NCBI RefSeq assembly: GCF_009914755.1
Contig: NC_060945.1
Strand: one strand, 5' to 3'
Source of the DNA: the human T2T-CHM13v2.0 reference genome, Homo sapiens
DNA length: 64,000 nucleotides
The notes under the pieces were generated by a model. That model was given only the letters and a program-made list of their open reading frames with translations, did not search any database and was not told where the DNA came from. Positions within the stretch are counted from its first letter, which is position 1, and each line of letters begins with the position of its first letter. Below are positions 1 to 39,306 of this stretch, one piece after another. Position numbers and translations under genes: made by a program.

Positions 1-71
1 CGACTGGAAGGTGTTCTTTGTTGCAAGAGACTAGATAATGGAGAAGGAAGATGATAATATTTTGGTCACTT

Positions 72-378
72 GGCTGGGCATGGTGGCTCATGCCTGTAAT
101 CTCAGCACTTTGGGAGGCCGAGTGGGGAGGATTGCTTGAGCCCAGGAGTTCGAGACCAGCCTGGGCAACACAGGGAGACTCTTGTCTCTAAAAAAAAAAA
201 CTAAAAAAAAAGAAAATGAGCCGGGCATGGTGGCACGTGCCTGTAGTCCCAGCTACTCAGGAGCCTGAGGAGGGAGGATTGCTTGAGCCTGGGAGGTCAA
301 GGCTGCAGCGAGCTGTGGTCATGCCACTTGCAATCCAGCCTAGGTGACAGAGTGAGACACTGCCTCAACAGCAACAAA
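72..378 (+). mobile_element. Alu (AluJ-like)
   Basis: Dimeric Alu consensus; flanking TSD-like TTGGTCACTT. Confidence 0.93.
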
Positions 379-982
379 AAAGTTGGTCACTTGAAGTATT
401 GCTACTTATTGATTCATGATACAATTAAATGTTGCCTCTCCAGATTGTTTGGGGGAATTGGGGGGTTTTTTGAGAATAAAGTGCTCCAGATAGCCGTGTG
501 AGTGCCTCTTGAATAAACACCAGTTTTTTTAAAAATTGAATTCATTTATATAAAAATATAAATTGCATTAAATGCTATTTATATTAAATGCTTTCCTGCC
601 ATCTTAAGCAGAATGCGCTGAATAATACCTTACTGAGGACTCAGCACCGTGACAGCCATTGCTGATTATTGCAGTGAACTGTGATTCAGTGATGTGGGAC
701 ACACCGTCAAGGAAGTGAGTGCAATGAGAGCTCCACATACACAAAGTTCAGAAAAAAAACAAAGCACAGGAGGCTGTTTGCTTTCTAACTACTCGTTTCA
801 CCCCTGGACTCTGGTGTACTCTCCAGCATGCCCCACTTCAGGAAGGATATTGGCAAAGTGGAGTATTCTAGCTAAGAAAAGAAGCTAGGATGGTAAGCGC
901 TATTGAAACAAGGTTCAGCCAGCAAAATGTCTGAAAGCGTTAGAGAAGCTTAACTTAGAGAAAACTTATATATAAATATTTA

Positions 983-1628
<646 letters not shown>

Positions 1629-2061
1629 AAAGCGGATTTTGATTCAATATGAAAGAAACTCCTCTTTATAATTCATTTTGATTCATAATTTATGTGCAAG
1701 ATCTTACTTGGTTTCGCAGGTAATGGAATAATGAGCGAACAAAAGTCCCAAACTCAAAAAAGACATTAACCTAGGGTAGCTGGAATGGAGAGTGCACGAG
1801 GCGAGGAGCAATGAGAGTTGGAGAAGCAAATGGGACTAGATCATGGAGGGCCTGGAAAGGTAGGATTGTTTTAAACAAGTAACTGGAAGTGATAAATCAT
1901 TTTAAAATATTTTTAACTCACATTTTAATTACAAAGCTAATTATTATAAAAGTAAAATAAGTTTATTAAAATTTTAAATATATCAAAATATATTATGTAA
2001 AAGTGAAAGTTCACCCTAACCCCAATTTACAGAGGTACCTGTGAGTCGTTTAGCCCGTGTC

Positions 2062-2628
<567 letters not shown>

Positions 2629-2775
2629 CCTGGCCTGTGCCTTTACTTGACCTTTTTGTTGCTATGTGTTCCACATCTATAAAATGAGGATCATAATAGT
2701 ACCTACCCAATAGAGGCAACATGAGAATTAAATTAATTACCGCCAACTCCATAAAGGCAGGGATTTTGTTTGATT

Positions 2776-2975
2776 TAGGGGTTTTCAACCTCTGTACTAC
2801 TGATATTTTAGGCTGAATAATTTCCGGTAGTGGAAAGAGGGGCTGGTGTCCTGCACACTGTGGGTTGTGTAGCAGCATCTCTGGCTTCTACCCACTTCTA
2901 CCTGCAACAAAAACTATTTATAGACATGGCCAAATGTCCTCTGGGGGGCAAAATCACCCAGGTTGAAAACCACTG
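2776..2975. mobile_element. MER20-like hAT MITE, within MIR/L2 remnants (~2660-3050)
   Basis: Terminal inverted repeats GGTTTTCAACC...GGTTGAAAACCACTG and internal similarity to recalled MER20. Confidence 0.75.
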
Positions 2976-3421
2976 GTCTAATTTACTGCTGAGAGCCTGT
3001 CACCCAGCACAGCATGCAATAAATATTTGTTGAATTGAATGAATGAAGTGAATGCATATAGGAAGCCCTCAGTAAGTGTTACCTATTTTTATTATACTAT
3101 TTTCCAACTATATAAATTTCTACATAAGTGGGATCCAATTATGTGTACTTCAAGGCAAATTGCATTTTTTCTCTAACAATCTACCTTGGTCATACTTTTA
3201 CATCACCACCACCATTTTATACAGTTGTATCTCGATTGCTTTCTATGGCGTGAAAGTAGTTTTATAATTCATTTATTCAATTCATTATTGATGTGCATAT
3301 AGGCTAATTTCAATTTGTTGTTATAAATAATGCTACAAAGAACATTTTTCATTATGAATTTTTATTTACTGTCACATCCGGGGCTATGCAATGTATCATG
3401 TCCTAATTTGGAAAGGGATTT

Positions 3422-5076
<1,655 letters not shown>

Positions 5077-6757
5077 GATTCCTTGCCAACACATCAGCAG
5101 AACTGTCTGACCACCCAAAAAGAGAACTGTTGATGTGAATTGTATGCTAACCAGGGGCCTGGACTGGACAACCTCTCTATGCACGTGGGGTTCTGAGTCT
5201 GGAAAGAGATGCCATCTGAGAATGGTGACATATGTCTTTCTCTTTCTTCCTAACCGTGGCTACAGACTAGTCTATTTTTGTGGTTTATCTGCCTACTGTT
5301 TAGAATTATTCTGTTTTCTTGGGGCTGTCAGGCACTCAACTGACACTTCTTGATGCTATTGCTGTGTCTGCCTTGAGCAGCTAATGATGGATGTGAAAAC
5401 CCTTTTATAATTGTTCATTCCAAAGGAAATGTGCAGCCACATGCTCCTGTGGTCTCCTGTGGGCTAAATAAACCCTGATAACCAAGCTTATTATCATTAT
5501 GTCTAAAATTAAAGTAAACAAATAATGAGTGAGGGCTTGAGTGGTTTATTGTGGTTGAAAAGTACTGACTGACTTAACGCATGAATCTTATAACACCTAT
5601 TTATATGGGTAAAGATTTGGAGGGTTATTCTAGTTTCCCATCTGGGTTCCAGATATGTGAGATTGCTGGGTGGGAGAATGTTATAGATTGTAGGTTTGTT
5701 GTCTTAAGGCAGGTAGCTGTCATTTCTGCCTAAATTATCTGTAAGGCAAGAAACCAAATATATAAATTAATACCATAAATAAGCAAACAAATAATTCTCT
5801 AATCTCAATCAATACTTCCCTACTTGTGAACTGAAGAATTAATACAGTCTCTTTGTTTGCTGCTTGGCATGAGTTTCCTTTACCTTTAAAATTAGGTTTG
5901 TGTTCATGAAACAAGGTTAGAAATTTAGGGAAGGGAAGAAATCTACTATTTAAAAATATATGACTATTTATTTTTAGCTACCACTTTTTAGCACCTAGGT
6001 ATTAAAATACATAATAATTAGGAGCTAAGTGTATCCCATAATCTGTCATCATTCGCTCACTTCAAGAGGCCCATCATTAACCTTTCCATTAATTCTACGT
6101 CTTTTAGATCTTCCTAAATCAACACCTACTCTAAATGATTCCTCAAATTAAACCCTAGTTTTGCATCTGCACTTTCTCCGTTCTAGCCTGAAAAGCCTAC
6201 AATCTTTTCTGTCTAGTCCCCATTTCTGCCTCACTCCAGAATCTGGCTTGAAGCCCTGGACTTTCTCGAACTCGATTGCTGGCAAGCAAGTCCTCCATCA
6301 AACAGATCCCTCACATGTCTGTGCATTAAAAATAGCTAATATGACTCACTGGCACTTCTTACTTACTCAAACTAAAGGACAGCATCTGTGCTTCAGGGAT
6401 AGGAGAGTGAAGAGAGCAGAATGTGAAGAGGGAAACTACCAACATTCAAAAATCATTTTCTGGACTTGACATTGATGTTAGCTTTGTCCCTGGTATTTCT
6501 ATCAGGAAACATATCTGCAAGTGATTGTATGTAGAATTATTCTTTCTTAGCTGATCTATCTGGGGAGGCACATTTTCAAGGATGTCTGCTATGGTGAATA
6601 TAGCATTGCCATGCTTATTCATGGGTCCCACTGTTTAGACTAATATTATAATAAAGGTCCTAGTTTCAAAAATGCCTTTTGTCAAACTTTTGTCTGCCTT
6701 TGTGTCCAAAGATGAACCTTTTAATTCATTCATTCCTTCAATCAAGAAATCATTATT

Positions 6758-8251
<1,494 letters not shown>

Positions 8252-9073
8252 CTATGACAAGAGAAAATTTGTGTTTCTTTAACAGAACCCAGCCAGGAAG
8301 GTCATAAAATCTAGTCATGACAGGTTCTCCTCTCAGTAGAAAAACTTTTTTTCCTAATAGTAACTGACCTTTCTCATAATTTTTTTCACCCCGTCAAACA
8401 TTTCGAAGACTTAACGCAACTACTTTTGTTAGTTGGATGGAAAACACCTTGTGATTCAGGTAGAAATAATTCTTCAAGCAGAGGAATTTATATAACTGTG
8501 CCTTTTACTATCCATTAAGCAGTTTTTTTATGTTGGCCTACTTGTAATGTGTATCAATGTCAGTTTAAAAGAGGAAACAACATTCAGCCTTTTCACTGGT
8601 TTATAATAAGAAATCACTATTTCAAATGACCTTCCCTGAATACCACTCTCTACTGAGTGCTGGAAGGAGCGTGGACAAAGATGAGTAAGACACTGCCCAC
8701 GCTCTCTGTATGCATGCAATCTGGTGCCTGCGATGACATCTACTCAAAGAACTCAGTCAACTGGCAAGCTAACAAGGTCTATAGCCATGGGTGAAACAGA
8801 CTGCCTTGAGAATATGGGAAGATTAATTCCAACTGGGGGATTTGCTAGGGTGTGTAGTGACCACGTGGGGATGTCAGAGGAATGGGAAAACAAGAAGATT
8901 AAGGGATGAAAAGAGACTTGAAACATTTAAGAATGGAAGTCTGGTTGAGGAATTCAGACTTAACCATGTAAGTCCTGGGACTGGAAATAACAATGCTCAG
9001 ACGTGTGTTTCCTTAGCAAGATTTTATGTGTTCTTCATTTCATACAATGAACAACATAAAATATATTATTTAA

Positions 9074-12341
<3,268 letters not shown>

Positions 12342-13363
12342 AATTAGAGTTATAATCAAGTTTGATATGAATTGGCCAATGAAATAGTATAATTTAATAT
12401 TAAATGTTAATTAATTAAAACTATTAAATGTTCTCAAAAGTTACAGAAGAATAAAAACTAAATATTTAAGAAGTTCTTTTACCTTAAGTATTGAAAATAA
12501 ATGGTTTTTCTCTTCACGGGTTGTTTTTATTTCCTTATAAAGCCTAGCTGTCATGTGATCCTCCTGACTCTGCGGAAGTAAGTCAGAGAAATAAAGACTA
12601 ACTCACTCATTAAGAGACCTTTTACATAAAACACTTTCTTATCTGTTAGAATTTGAGCTTTCTCAGACTCTCAGCTTGTTTTCCCAAGTTTACACAATAA
12701 TAAAATACACACAGTGACCTTCTTACTCTTCTTTTGCCAGCGGATTATTTAATACTGATTAGCTTTGAAATGCAAATAGCCCTATCAAATAGCAAGCTAC
12801 TTGCCTTCAACCGGACTAAGGCTGCATTAGAGTGAAAGTCAAAACTGTTTTATGCAAAGAAAAAAAATAGTCTGTCAAAGGCCCCTAGGTCTTCAATTTT
12901 TTCAGGATTATATTCAGGATATGAAATTCTTTGTACTGACTAACGGATTACCTTTTCTTCTAAATTCTTTTGTTTCCAAACTCCCAATCCTATGTTGACT
13001 TACAATTAACCCTTTGCTGACCATTAGTTGAACTTTCAAACCAAACATAACGCTTTCAGCATTTGTATTTATATCACAACATGACAAATACTAGTAAGAG
13101 AGGGAATTTTTACAGAAAAAGCTTATCTAGCCTCTTACATGAGGACCACTATTTGTTTTTCTTAAACAGAGAGTAACAACTTCAGGGCTGCAAAATACCT
13201 TTGAGATTACCTAATTCACCCTCTTCATTTTACAGATATGCACCCAAGGTCTGGTACGCTTTTACTAGGTCAGTGTTTGGGCTGAAGAAAACAGGGTTGG
13301 GTTGCTGAATAGTAAATTCCTGGTGGAATGGAAACTGAGCTGACATTGGCAGATGGGTATTAA

Positions 13364-16732
<3,369 letters not shown>

Positions 16733-18322
16733 TAAGTAAAATATAGAACAGTCTCCTTGTAAGTGTTTCCAACACATAAAAGAAAGGGGAGGATCTTTTT
16801 GGAATTGTTGCGGTTTGTCATTTAATCGTCACTTTAAAGTGAAGAAGATTGAGTATTAGAGAAGTTAGTTTGTCCAAGGTTTGGAAGAACAGGGTTTTGG
16901 ATTAGAACCTAAACCAATCAAACTCCAAATCCTCACTGTTAACAATTTTCTGTTGGCATGCAAATGTATTTCTTCCATCAGGCTATGTAATAATTATAAA
17001 TAATGGGGCTGGTATAGACGTAAGGTACTGACACTGAATAATTCCCCAAAGAACCTTGAAGTAAACTGCTTTTACATAGTGGGAAAGAGTCCTCATAAAG
17101 CACTCAGCCCTGGAACATTCTTTCAAAAGCAAGACATAAAAAAAAATCAAAAGTAAAAATTCTCTATCACCGAAAAGGAAAAGACATTTTGTTGAGTGCA
17201 AAAGAAGAATCCTGCCAAGCAGAGAGAGTGAACTGTAGCAAATAGACACAGATATATCTGGATAATTAGGCATGATATAGTGAGTGTTTCACTGAAACTT
17301 GAACAGCTGTAGACAGAAACTGAGAATTCTATAAAGTTTCTATATTTACTCCCATATCAGGAAATTACCAACCTGGCTTGAAGCTATATGGCTCAGCCTG
17401 GGATAAAAACTGGTGTGAGAGTTCCAAAGGATCAGCAGGTGAATCAGAGCCAGGACAATAAAGAGAACAAGTACAGAGCTGTTTATCTTATTTCAGCTAC
17501 AAGTTTTTCCAATACCTGACTGAGAAAGTGTTGAGAGTCAACACCCTTGTAGTCACGTATGGTCTATGTGTCTTGGTTTTCACATGCATCAGGAGCTGTA
17601 CATGTGTACATATGCACACTTAGGAAAGCCAGGCCTTGGGCAAAACTATGGACAAAGACAGCCACAAATTTATATAACCCCAGATCTGTTCCTTCTATCC
17701 TCTGGGAACTCCGGTTTTCCCATAGCCTTCCAGAATTGTTCTAGGAGGGACTAGAGCCTATTTTTCATGAGCAACTGGGTCTAGTTCTTGTTATTAGATA
17801 TGACTCAGATCACTTCCAATCTGCAAAGCAGAAGCTGTGATGCCAGTGTTTGCTGAAAATGCTGCCACTGCTATTGAACATGCAGAGGTGTGCCGTTTTG
17901 GGGCCAATGTCTAATGTAGAAGAAAACATGTCCTTTGTCCGATCTATGAAGTCAGACGGCCAGGGTTCAAATTCCAGCTTTGCCATTCACTAGGTATATT
18001 AGCAGTGACAAAGGTTTGTGTATTTAGCAAATGGGATTTTCATAGCCCTACCTCATAGGATGGTGGTAATGGCAGATGATATAATGCATATAAAATGCCT
18101 AGTTAACAGTGATTGAATGCTTATTATAAGCTAAGCAAAGTACTAATACTGCTATTATCTGTAAGAAGCAAGCAGAAGATGCCACTCTCAGCAGTGTTCC
18201 ATGCAGCAAATTGCTCTGCCAGTTTTTACTCAGTCTTTAATTGCAGGCCCTCGCTTTAGGATCTAGACTGCTCCTGAGTAACATGAATGGCAGAACCTGT
18301 GCTATGCTAAAAAACATCTTCT

Positions 18323-18683
<361 letters not shown>

Positions 18684-18894
18684 TCACCAATATCCAGGAG
18701 GTATAATAAATTGTACCTAGTTTACTAATTACGGAATTGCAGTACAATAGTAATGTTTTGTATCTTTTTGAATGACCAATTTAAAAATATCATATAAAAA
18801 GGTAGGAAAAAACCCCACAATTTTCAGAGACTTCCAGGTGTTGTTAAGAAGGGCCCCAAACATGATAAACGCCACTAAAATCTGAGTTGCCCAC

Positions 18895-19313
18895 TAATAT
18901 GGTTTGGTGTGTGTCCCCTCCAAGTCTCATGTTGAAGTGTGATCCCCAGTGTTGGAGATGGGGCCTGGTGGCAGACATTTTGGTCACAGGGGTAGATCCC
19001 TCAGGAATGGCTTGGTGCCCTCCAGATGGTAATGGATGAATTCTTATTCTGTTAGTTCATGGAAACTGGTTGGTTAAAGGAACATGGCACCTCCTCCTCT
19101 CTTGCACTCTCTCTCTCTCTCGCCATGTGATATACCAGCTCCCTCTTCACCTTCCACCATGATTGTAAGCTTCCTGAGGCCGTTACCAGAAGCAGATGCC
19201 AGCATCTTGCTTCCTGTACAGCCTGCAGAACCATGAGCCAAAATAAACCTCTTGCCTTTATAAATTACCCAGTCTCAGGCATTCCTTTATAGTAATGGAA
19301 ACAGACTAATACA
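18895..19313 (+). mobile_element. MST-type MaLR solo LTR
   Basis: ATATGGTTTGG start, AATAAA, GACTAATACA end, 5-bp TSD CCCAC/CTCAC. Confidence 0.88.
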
Positions 19314-20259
19314 CTCACTTTCAAAGGACACAGGTAAAGTCCCTCTTACAGAATGGTGCCTCACAAATCACACCTAATGTACATTAAGAATTTTATGAAT
19401 TCCTCCTAAGCCTTTGTCCTATAGATCTACTTTCATGTCTGCACACATAGATATATGAACAAAGATAAGTGTTGTGGCAGTACAGCATATATGCATAAAT
19501 AGAAACAAATGTCTGCAGAGAACAGGATAACTAAATAATGATACTTTTAAAAATAATTGAATAAATCTCTACGTTCTGATATAAAAAATTTTCAATATCA
19601 CTAAGTGAAAAAAGCAGATGTTAGAAAGTATCTCTAATATGCCCGAGTTATGTGTGTGTGTGTTTTAAAATATGTATACACATCTGTTTATATACCTAAA
19701 ACAATTATGGAAATATATACTATATATATATATAATTCCACATGGATATAAAACAGACAAAGTAAAAATCAACTACACGTCTAATATTTAGGAATTAAAA
19801 TGATATCCCAAACTTCTCCCTCCTGTTAGTTTTACTTATTTTAAACAATATTTATTACGGCAAAATACCAATGAAAAAATTTGAATAATCTACAAAAATG
19901 TGTTGTAAGAAGAATGTAAAAGTAAAAAAGGCATTAGACATTAATGATAATTTTCTTTATCTAAACCTGTACCCAGGTTGTCTTTTCTGAATTCCTACTT
20001 ACATCTCAGAACTGGAGGGGCTACGGAGTTACTTGGTTAAAGTATCATCCATTACCCAGCCATGTTCACAAGGGCAGAGGGAAAAAAAGCATTTCTTTTC
20101 TAAGTGCCTCAGACTTATGAGAATTGAAAGTTATAAAGTGCCATTTAATATTGTTTATCTATATTTTCCCTTTAGTTTAACCAAATCATACTGGGAGATA
20201 TCTAGGGCCCTGTATTATGTAGAATAGAAGAAAGTATTTTAACAATTGTTTTACACTAT

Positions 20260-20779
20260 AAGATAGCTTAACAAAAACATGAGCTGAGAAAATCTCTCAG
20301 ATAAAATGATCAAATAACATAATGATTTTCTGAAAACAAATAAAATATTGCAGTCCTAAAGAAAAAAAAATGAGGGCCAAAACAATATTAGTACAAAAGT
20401 TTTCAACCGATGGTAAATAAGAAGATAGTCATAATGAAAGCATAATGAAAAAGATAAAGATTAAAGGAATTCCATATGAAAATAATCTAAGTATAACTGA
20501 TGTTCTTGAAGAAAACTCAACAAATGTAAAGAAAGTTTTATTCAAAGATACAGTTCAAGAAATACCCCTGAAATGAGACAAAAACTGAATCTGCAGAACA
20601 AAATATCACCTCCAGGAAAATTTGATTTAGAACATTCAACTCATAGACAAGCTAATGAGGCTCAAGAATGAAGACTTTTTTTCCAGGCATCTAGATTTTA
20701 TAGATAAACTACCACCAAAGGGAGAAAACTTTGGCCGAATCTCCGTGGCAATACTCAATGCCAGAAGGAAAAAAGGGCA

Positions 20780-20780
<1 letters not shown>
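20260..20780 (+). mobile_element. Ancient L1M fragment (ORF1 region)
   Basis: A-rich decayed sequence resembling L1 ORF1; further pieces at ~19470-19750 and ~21625-22500. Confidence 0.55.
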
Positions 20781-21623
<843 letters not shown>

Positions 21624-21715
21624 AATCCTCTAAAAGGGAAATAGCATGTGGCACCAAAATATCAAACATATACATTGTGACCCAAGAATAACATATTCAG
21701 ACGAGATGTTATTCA

Positions 21716-26129
<4,414 letters not shown>

Positions 26130-26707
26130 TGAATTCTTATTTCAATTTTTGAAATTAATTATATTTTATATTAATATTTGAAACTAAAATCAGCATAATT
26201 CTAGCATTCAGTGTCCATCTAGTTGCCCAAATAAAGACTCCTTCTCCCATTTCAGTATGCTCAGACTATATGAACATTTAAGAGTAAGAGGAATTGTTCA
26301 GTCTTATGTAGTGCTGTTCCAAACACTCTGTCATTCTTGAGTTCCTTCAGAGGTACTCCTAACTGGGAACATGAAAACAAGACAGAAAATGGAAGGTCCT
26401 CATTACTTGGAAAATGATGATTCCATTAAGCAAGGATCTCTGCATTCATACTGTCTCTGAGTGGAAGGATTTGACCCTTTGTGCTTTCTTTTTACCTAGG
26501 CACTCCTGGGCTGAGAGCCTCTCTGCACTCCAAGGCAGTGTATTTGTCTGACATTGGCAGCAGCATATCATGCTGGCTTTTGGTTTCAAGAACATCAGCA
26601 GGACATGTGGAGAATCCATCATTTCCTTGGGGCCTCAATGACGTTAGCCTCAGGACTGATCGTTTAGGGTGACAGGTCATTCTGTGTCTGCGTGGTCATT
26701 AGAATGA

Positions 26708-32219
<5,512 letters not shown>

Positions 32220-32527
32220 TAATGAGCTTTTTACTTTGAAAAAATAAAGATTAAGGTAATTATCCTATGTCATGTATTTGCAAATATTTTTCTAGTTTGT
32301 CATTTTTCCTTTGTAATTGTGTTTGACATTTTTTGACATACAGATGTTTTAAATTGTCTATGCTGTTAAACTTATCAATCATTTCCTTTATGTTTTCTTC
32401 CTTTTGTTTTATTACACAGGAAATTTCACTTGCTGAAAATTTATCCACACTTATGATTTGTGTACATTTCCACAAGTATGTTATATTTCAGTAAGGTTTA
32501 CCAAAAATAATAAAGGTTTTTTCTGCA

Positions 32528-32529
<2 letters not shown>

Positions 32530-32567
<38 letters not shown>
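32530..32567. repeat. (GT)n microsatellite; others at 14846-14870 (GT), 27657-27711 (TAAA), 28418-28514 (TTTC), 29208-29267 (A/TA), 32715-32740 (CA), 56398-56420 (TAGA)
   Basis: Seen directly. Confidence 0.95.
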
Positions 32568-32569
<2 letters not shown>

Positions 32570-35098
32570 CCATTTGTCCTTTTTTTCTGACCTAGGCATT
32601 CCTGCCCTGTAGAGTCCTCCCCTGTACTTGGAAGCAACATATTTTTCTGACATTGGCAGCAGCATACACTCAAACCTTCACATTTGGTCATATAAATATG
32701 ATCAAATGTCAAATACACACACACACATACACACACACATATTCTTCTAGTTATTCTATTACTTCATTTTTTAAGTTCTTTAAGCCATTTGGTTATGTTG
32801 TAACGTGAACCAACTAAATTTATTTTTCCAAATTGTCAACTAATTTTAGCAGAATCATTTGTCTTTGAATAGGGATAAATTAGTAGCTCTTTTTACCCCC
32901 TTAATTTTAGCATTATTTGCAAAACAAATGAGAAAGGTTGGTCTTTTGGCTCTTCTGTGTTCTTAACTTCTATGACTTAGAATCATATATGTTAGAAAAT
33001 CACCGATGGTGATTTAAAACCATAAAGAGGAGAAAACACTGATGTAAATATACTAATCAAGCATTTTACCTAACTAGTCCAGAAAGACTTGAATAACCGA
33101 CCTACCAATGGTAATTGTTTTCATACTAGTAAAGCCCAAGATATTAAAAAAGATAAAAACGGAGATAGAGAAGCTGTTTCTTCCAGATTTCTAAGATAAA
33201 CAGTCTAGGGAAGAAATTATCAGAAGCAAATCTAGCCACATTGGCGGCAGAACAGTTCCTTATTTTGCGGATGGGTTCCTTCTCCTGCCTCTGGTGATGG
33301 GATAACTCTTTGGCCCCATGGTTCCTGTGCATCCATATATCCTTCCATTGGCTACTAATACTGACTTGGAAGCTCTTCAGACTCTGGGGTTGAGCATAGG
33401 AGCAAACAGGAGGTAATGCTACTCACCATCACTGAGTCACTGTTATTTCTACTGCTTCTCCATGTCTCCTAATTGGAGGAGCATACATTGCCATCATCTT
33501 GCCTAGCATTCTGTGACCTGTTACCATCCTCCTGAGCACCTACTGCCTCCTGGAGTAGTAGCTAAGGATCCTGCAAATTTATGGAGGCACTTATGCTTCC
33601 TCATAACTATGAGAACCACCTCCTAAATAGTAACCGGAGGCACTTGGTTAACTCTTTGGTCCTCAGAAAATAGGTGTTCCTAAAAATCTGTGTACTCCCA
33701 GGAATTTTGGATACCAATGTATGAACAGTCCTTAACATTGTTGATAAAACAACCCATATTTATTGTTATGGGCATAGGTCAGTAATGAATTCTACTTTGC
33801 ATTTACTGTTGGGGACAGACTGCCAGTATCAACCAACACTACTTTCTGTCTCTTTAATCTCAGCACATTTGTCAAAACTCCAGCATATCTGAGTCTGTAC
33901 CTCTGCTGGGTTTCATTTTGAATAAAGGAAGTCAGAAGTGAAAAAATGAAAACCACCTTCTATGTCAATACTGATCATTCAAATGTAGCCATGCTATCTA
34001 ACTGTATTACACACTAGGGATCTTATAATGAATTTCATTTTCTATTAAATTGATTAAATTAAGGCCTGTTGATTTACTCCAGGAGAACAAAAAACTTGTT
34101 TGTTCCCTAATATCTATAATAGTGTCCATCACATATTTGGTGTGAAAAATAAATTATATAAAAAGTTATTTATTTTTTAAATAGGCAATGCATGCATATA
34201 CAAATTCAAAAGATAGAAAAGGATATATAGTGAAAATTTAATTTTTGTTTCCTCATCTCCCAGCCAACAACTCTCTTCCTCAGAAGCAATCACTGTTGTC
34301 AGTTTTTTTCTATCTTTCAGAAAAAATCATATGCATTTTAACATACACACACACAAACATATTTCACAGAAATTGTGTTATATGATAAAGTTTTGTAACT
34401 TACTTTTTTCCCATTTAACAGATGTTCTTGATGTATTATTTCACAAAGAGAAAAATATTAACATTTCATAAAAAGCTGCCTCAATGAAGGACATTTTGTA
34501 TTTTTTGCCTAGTCAATATGAAAACTTAGTCATTGATAAAACTATTTCTACCTTCTAATGAGAATTTTAAAAACTATAAACATGATTTTTTAAAAAAAAA
34601 TTGAGTTTCCAAAAAGAAAGGAAAGAAGATTAATCCAGAAACTCCACATCTTCCTGGATTGGAGGGTACCCTATCGTTCAAAAATTCTTCCAGAGTATCA
34701 TATGTTTCAGATGGATTCAAGCAGAATATTTTTTCAAAGATCAGTAAGCGGTGCACTTAGAAGAGAAACAGCCTCTCTACATCTAAGACTGTGAGTATTA
34801 AAAGCCACATGTAGAAAGCACCTGCCTAACGTAGAGCCAAACCAAATACAAGCAGAGCCAAAGGAACTGAGTCATGATGTGATCATTTGAACTTCTGGAT
34901 TCAGCTAGGCCTGAAGCAGGGCCAGGACTAGGGTGAAGTAAGTGAGGCATTAATTTGAGGGGCAAATTTTAAAGGGATGCAAAGAAACCTCAGTAATAAA
35001 AGAAAATACAGTATTTTCTTTTTTATAATAAAAATATTTTAATTCTTTATTTCAATAAAATATATTATTCCCTCCTATTTGTCAGAACATGAACATAG

Positions 35099-36355
<1,257 letters not shown>

Positions 36356-36709
36356 ATTTTTAAATGAAAACAGGATCTTAGTCTGCACTTACATGAGTTT
36401 ACCTTACTTGGCCTCCCTCTAATCCCAGCTCTGAGACATTCTGGTTATTACATGAGCAGATAATTTCTATACATTTTATTTTTACTTAAGTTAATTTTAG
36501 CTGAATTTCTGTCATTTGAAATTGAGAAAACCCTGCGTAAAGGATCAATTCCCAATGCTACTGTAAGCATTACATGATTTCATACATGTGTAGTTCTTAG
36601 GAAAGGCTTGGTGCATGTATAAATGCAGATTATTATGGCTATTGTTACTGCAATTTCATTTCACCGCCTCTACCATCCTAAAATACTCCAAACTCCTACA
36701 AAAATTTAT

Positions 36710-37137
36710 TGCAGATATGCAAAATTGTAAAAGCAGCCCTGTTTGCGCAGATCCCGTGGGACAACCCCATGTGTTGTGCTGTGTATCCCCTATGCGTGGG
36801 TACTGAGGTTAAGCTTCCAATGGGCTGCTCCTGGCCAGGGACCAAGTGTGGCAGGGAAACAAAGGCAGACCCATTTTTCACCTGGTGATTCTGGCTTGAG
36901 GATTCCGCATCAACCTGGACAAAACTTTCTTAGAACTGCACTGCAGTCTCAGACATCCTACTCACTCTTCCTTCCTGCCCTCTCTCCATCCCAGGGATGA
37001 GATCAGCATTGCATCTGAAGCTCTCTCAACCCTCCTTTTTTCTGCTCAATTTTCCTTCACAAGTGTTTTCTCCAAGAAATTTCTCACACTTCAAATCCTG
37101 TCTTGACATCAGTTTCTAGAAAGACCAGAACTAACAT
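36710..37137 (+). mobile_element. Old ERVL-class LTR (LTR16-like)
   Basis: Pyrimidine-rich R/U5 with LTR-like end (AAATCCTGTCTTGACATCAGTTTCTAGAAAGACCAGAACTAACA); family uncertain. Confidence 0.5.
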
Positions 37138-37719
37138 TTGTTGATAATCTCTCTTTCTATTCCGGTGTGTACATTTCTTTCTAAATAACTCAGAACTATC
37201 AAACTTGGTACACACACACAAGCACACACGCTCATGTTCCTAACCAAAGGCTAAAACTCCTCGGCCATCAGGTCGGCCTTAGGGACTTGGTGGTGGTACT
37301 TAGGGGAAGTCAGGCTGTGGTTAAAACAGACTTACCAGGAACCACAAGCACTGGCAGATTATCAAGAAGCTGAATCACGGACCGTTACAAGAAGCTGAAT
37401 CATGGATAGTTATTCCTCCTAATTCTTGTGTGGGTGTTTTTTTTTGTTTTGTTTTGTTTTTGTTTTTTACTGTAATTTAATCAGTCAAGAAATAGAAAAA
37501 AATTCAAGTATTTTCTAGCTTAATTTTCTGAAATACCTAGATGCCTCGAACCCTCAAATTAGAACTTCTAGTACATAAGCCATAGCTCCGATCTCCCACT
37601 GCTCACCTCTGGTGACGCAGGCACCACATGGGAACAACGTAGGCCAAACACTTTGCCACCACTTATTTTCCTTTAAGAGAGTGAGGAATTCTCCTTCAAG
37701 AGAGTGAGAAATTCTCCTT

Positions 37720-38880
<1,161 letters not shown>

Positions 38881-38885
38881 CCTTC

Positions 38886-39306
38886 TGTATTAGCCTGTTT
38901 TTGCATTGCTATAAAGAAATACCTGAGGCTGGGTAATTTATAAAGAAAGCTGGTTTATTCTGGCTTATGGCTCTGCAGGCTATTCAGGAAGCATGATGCC
39001 AGCATCTATTTCAGGTGAGGGTCCCAGGAAGCTTACAATTATGGCCAAAGGTGAAGGCAGAGGTGGCACATCACATGGTGAGAGAGGGAGAAAGAGAGAG
39101 AGGAGGAACCAGGCTCCTTTAAACAACCAGCTCTCGCTTGAACTGAGTGAGAACTCACTTATTACCAAGGGAAGGGCATTAATCCATTCATGAGGGATCT
39201 TCCCCAACGATCCAATCACCTCCCACTAGGCCCCACCTTCAACACGGGCGATTACATCTCAACATGAACATGAGATTTGGAGGAGACAGACATCCAAACC
39301 ATATCA
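38886..39306 (-). mobile_element. MST-type MaLR solo LTR
   Basis: TGTATTAG...CAAACCATATCA termini; TSD CCTTC/ACTTC. Confidence 0.88.

Noticed and set aside
26570-26620. TCPADVLETKSQ resembling a mitochondrial-carrier PxDxxKxR motif
   Set aside because: The key Lys is absent and there is no flanking transmembrane similarity; likely chance.
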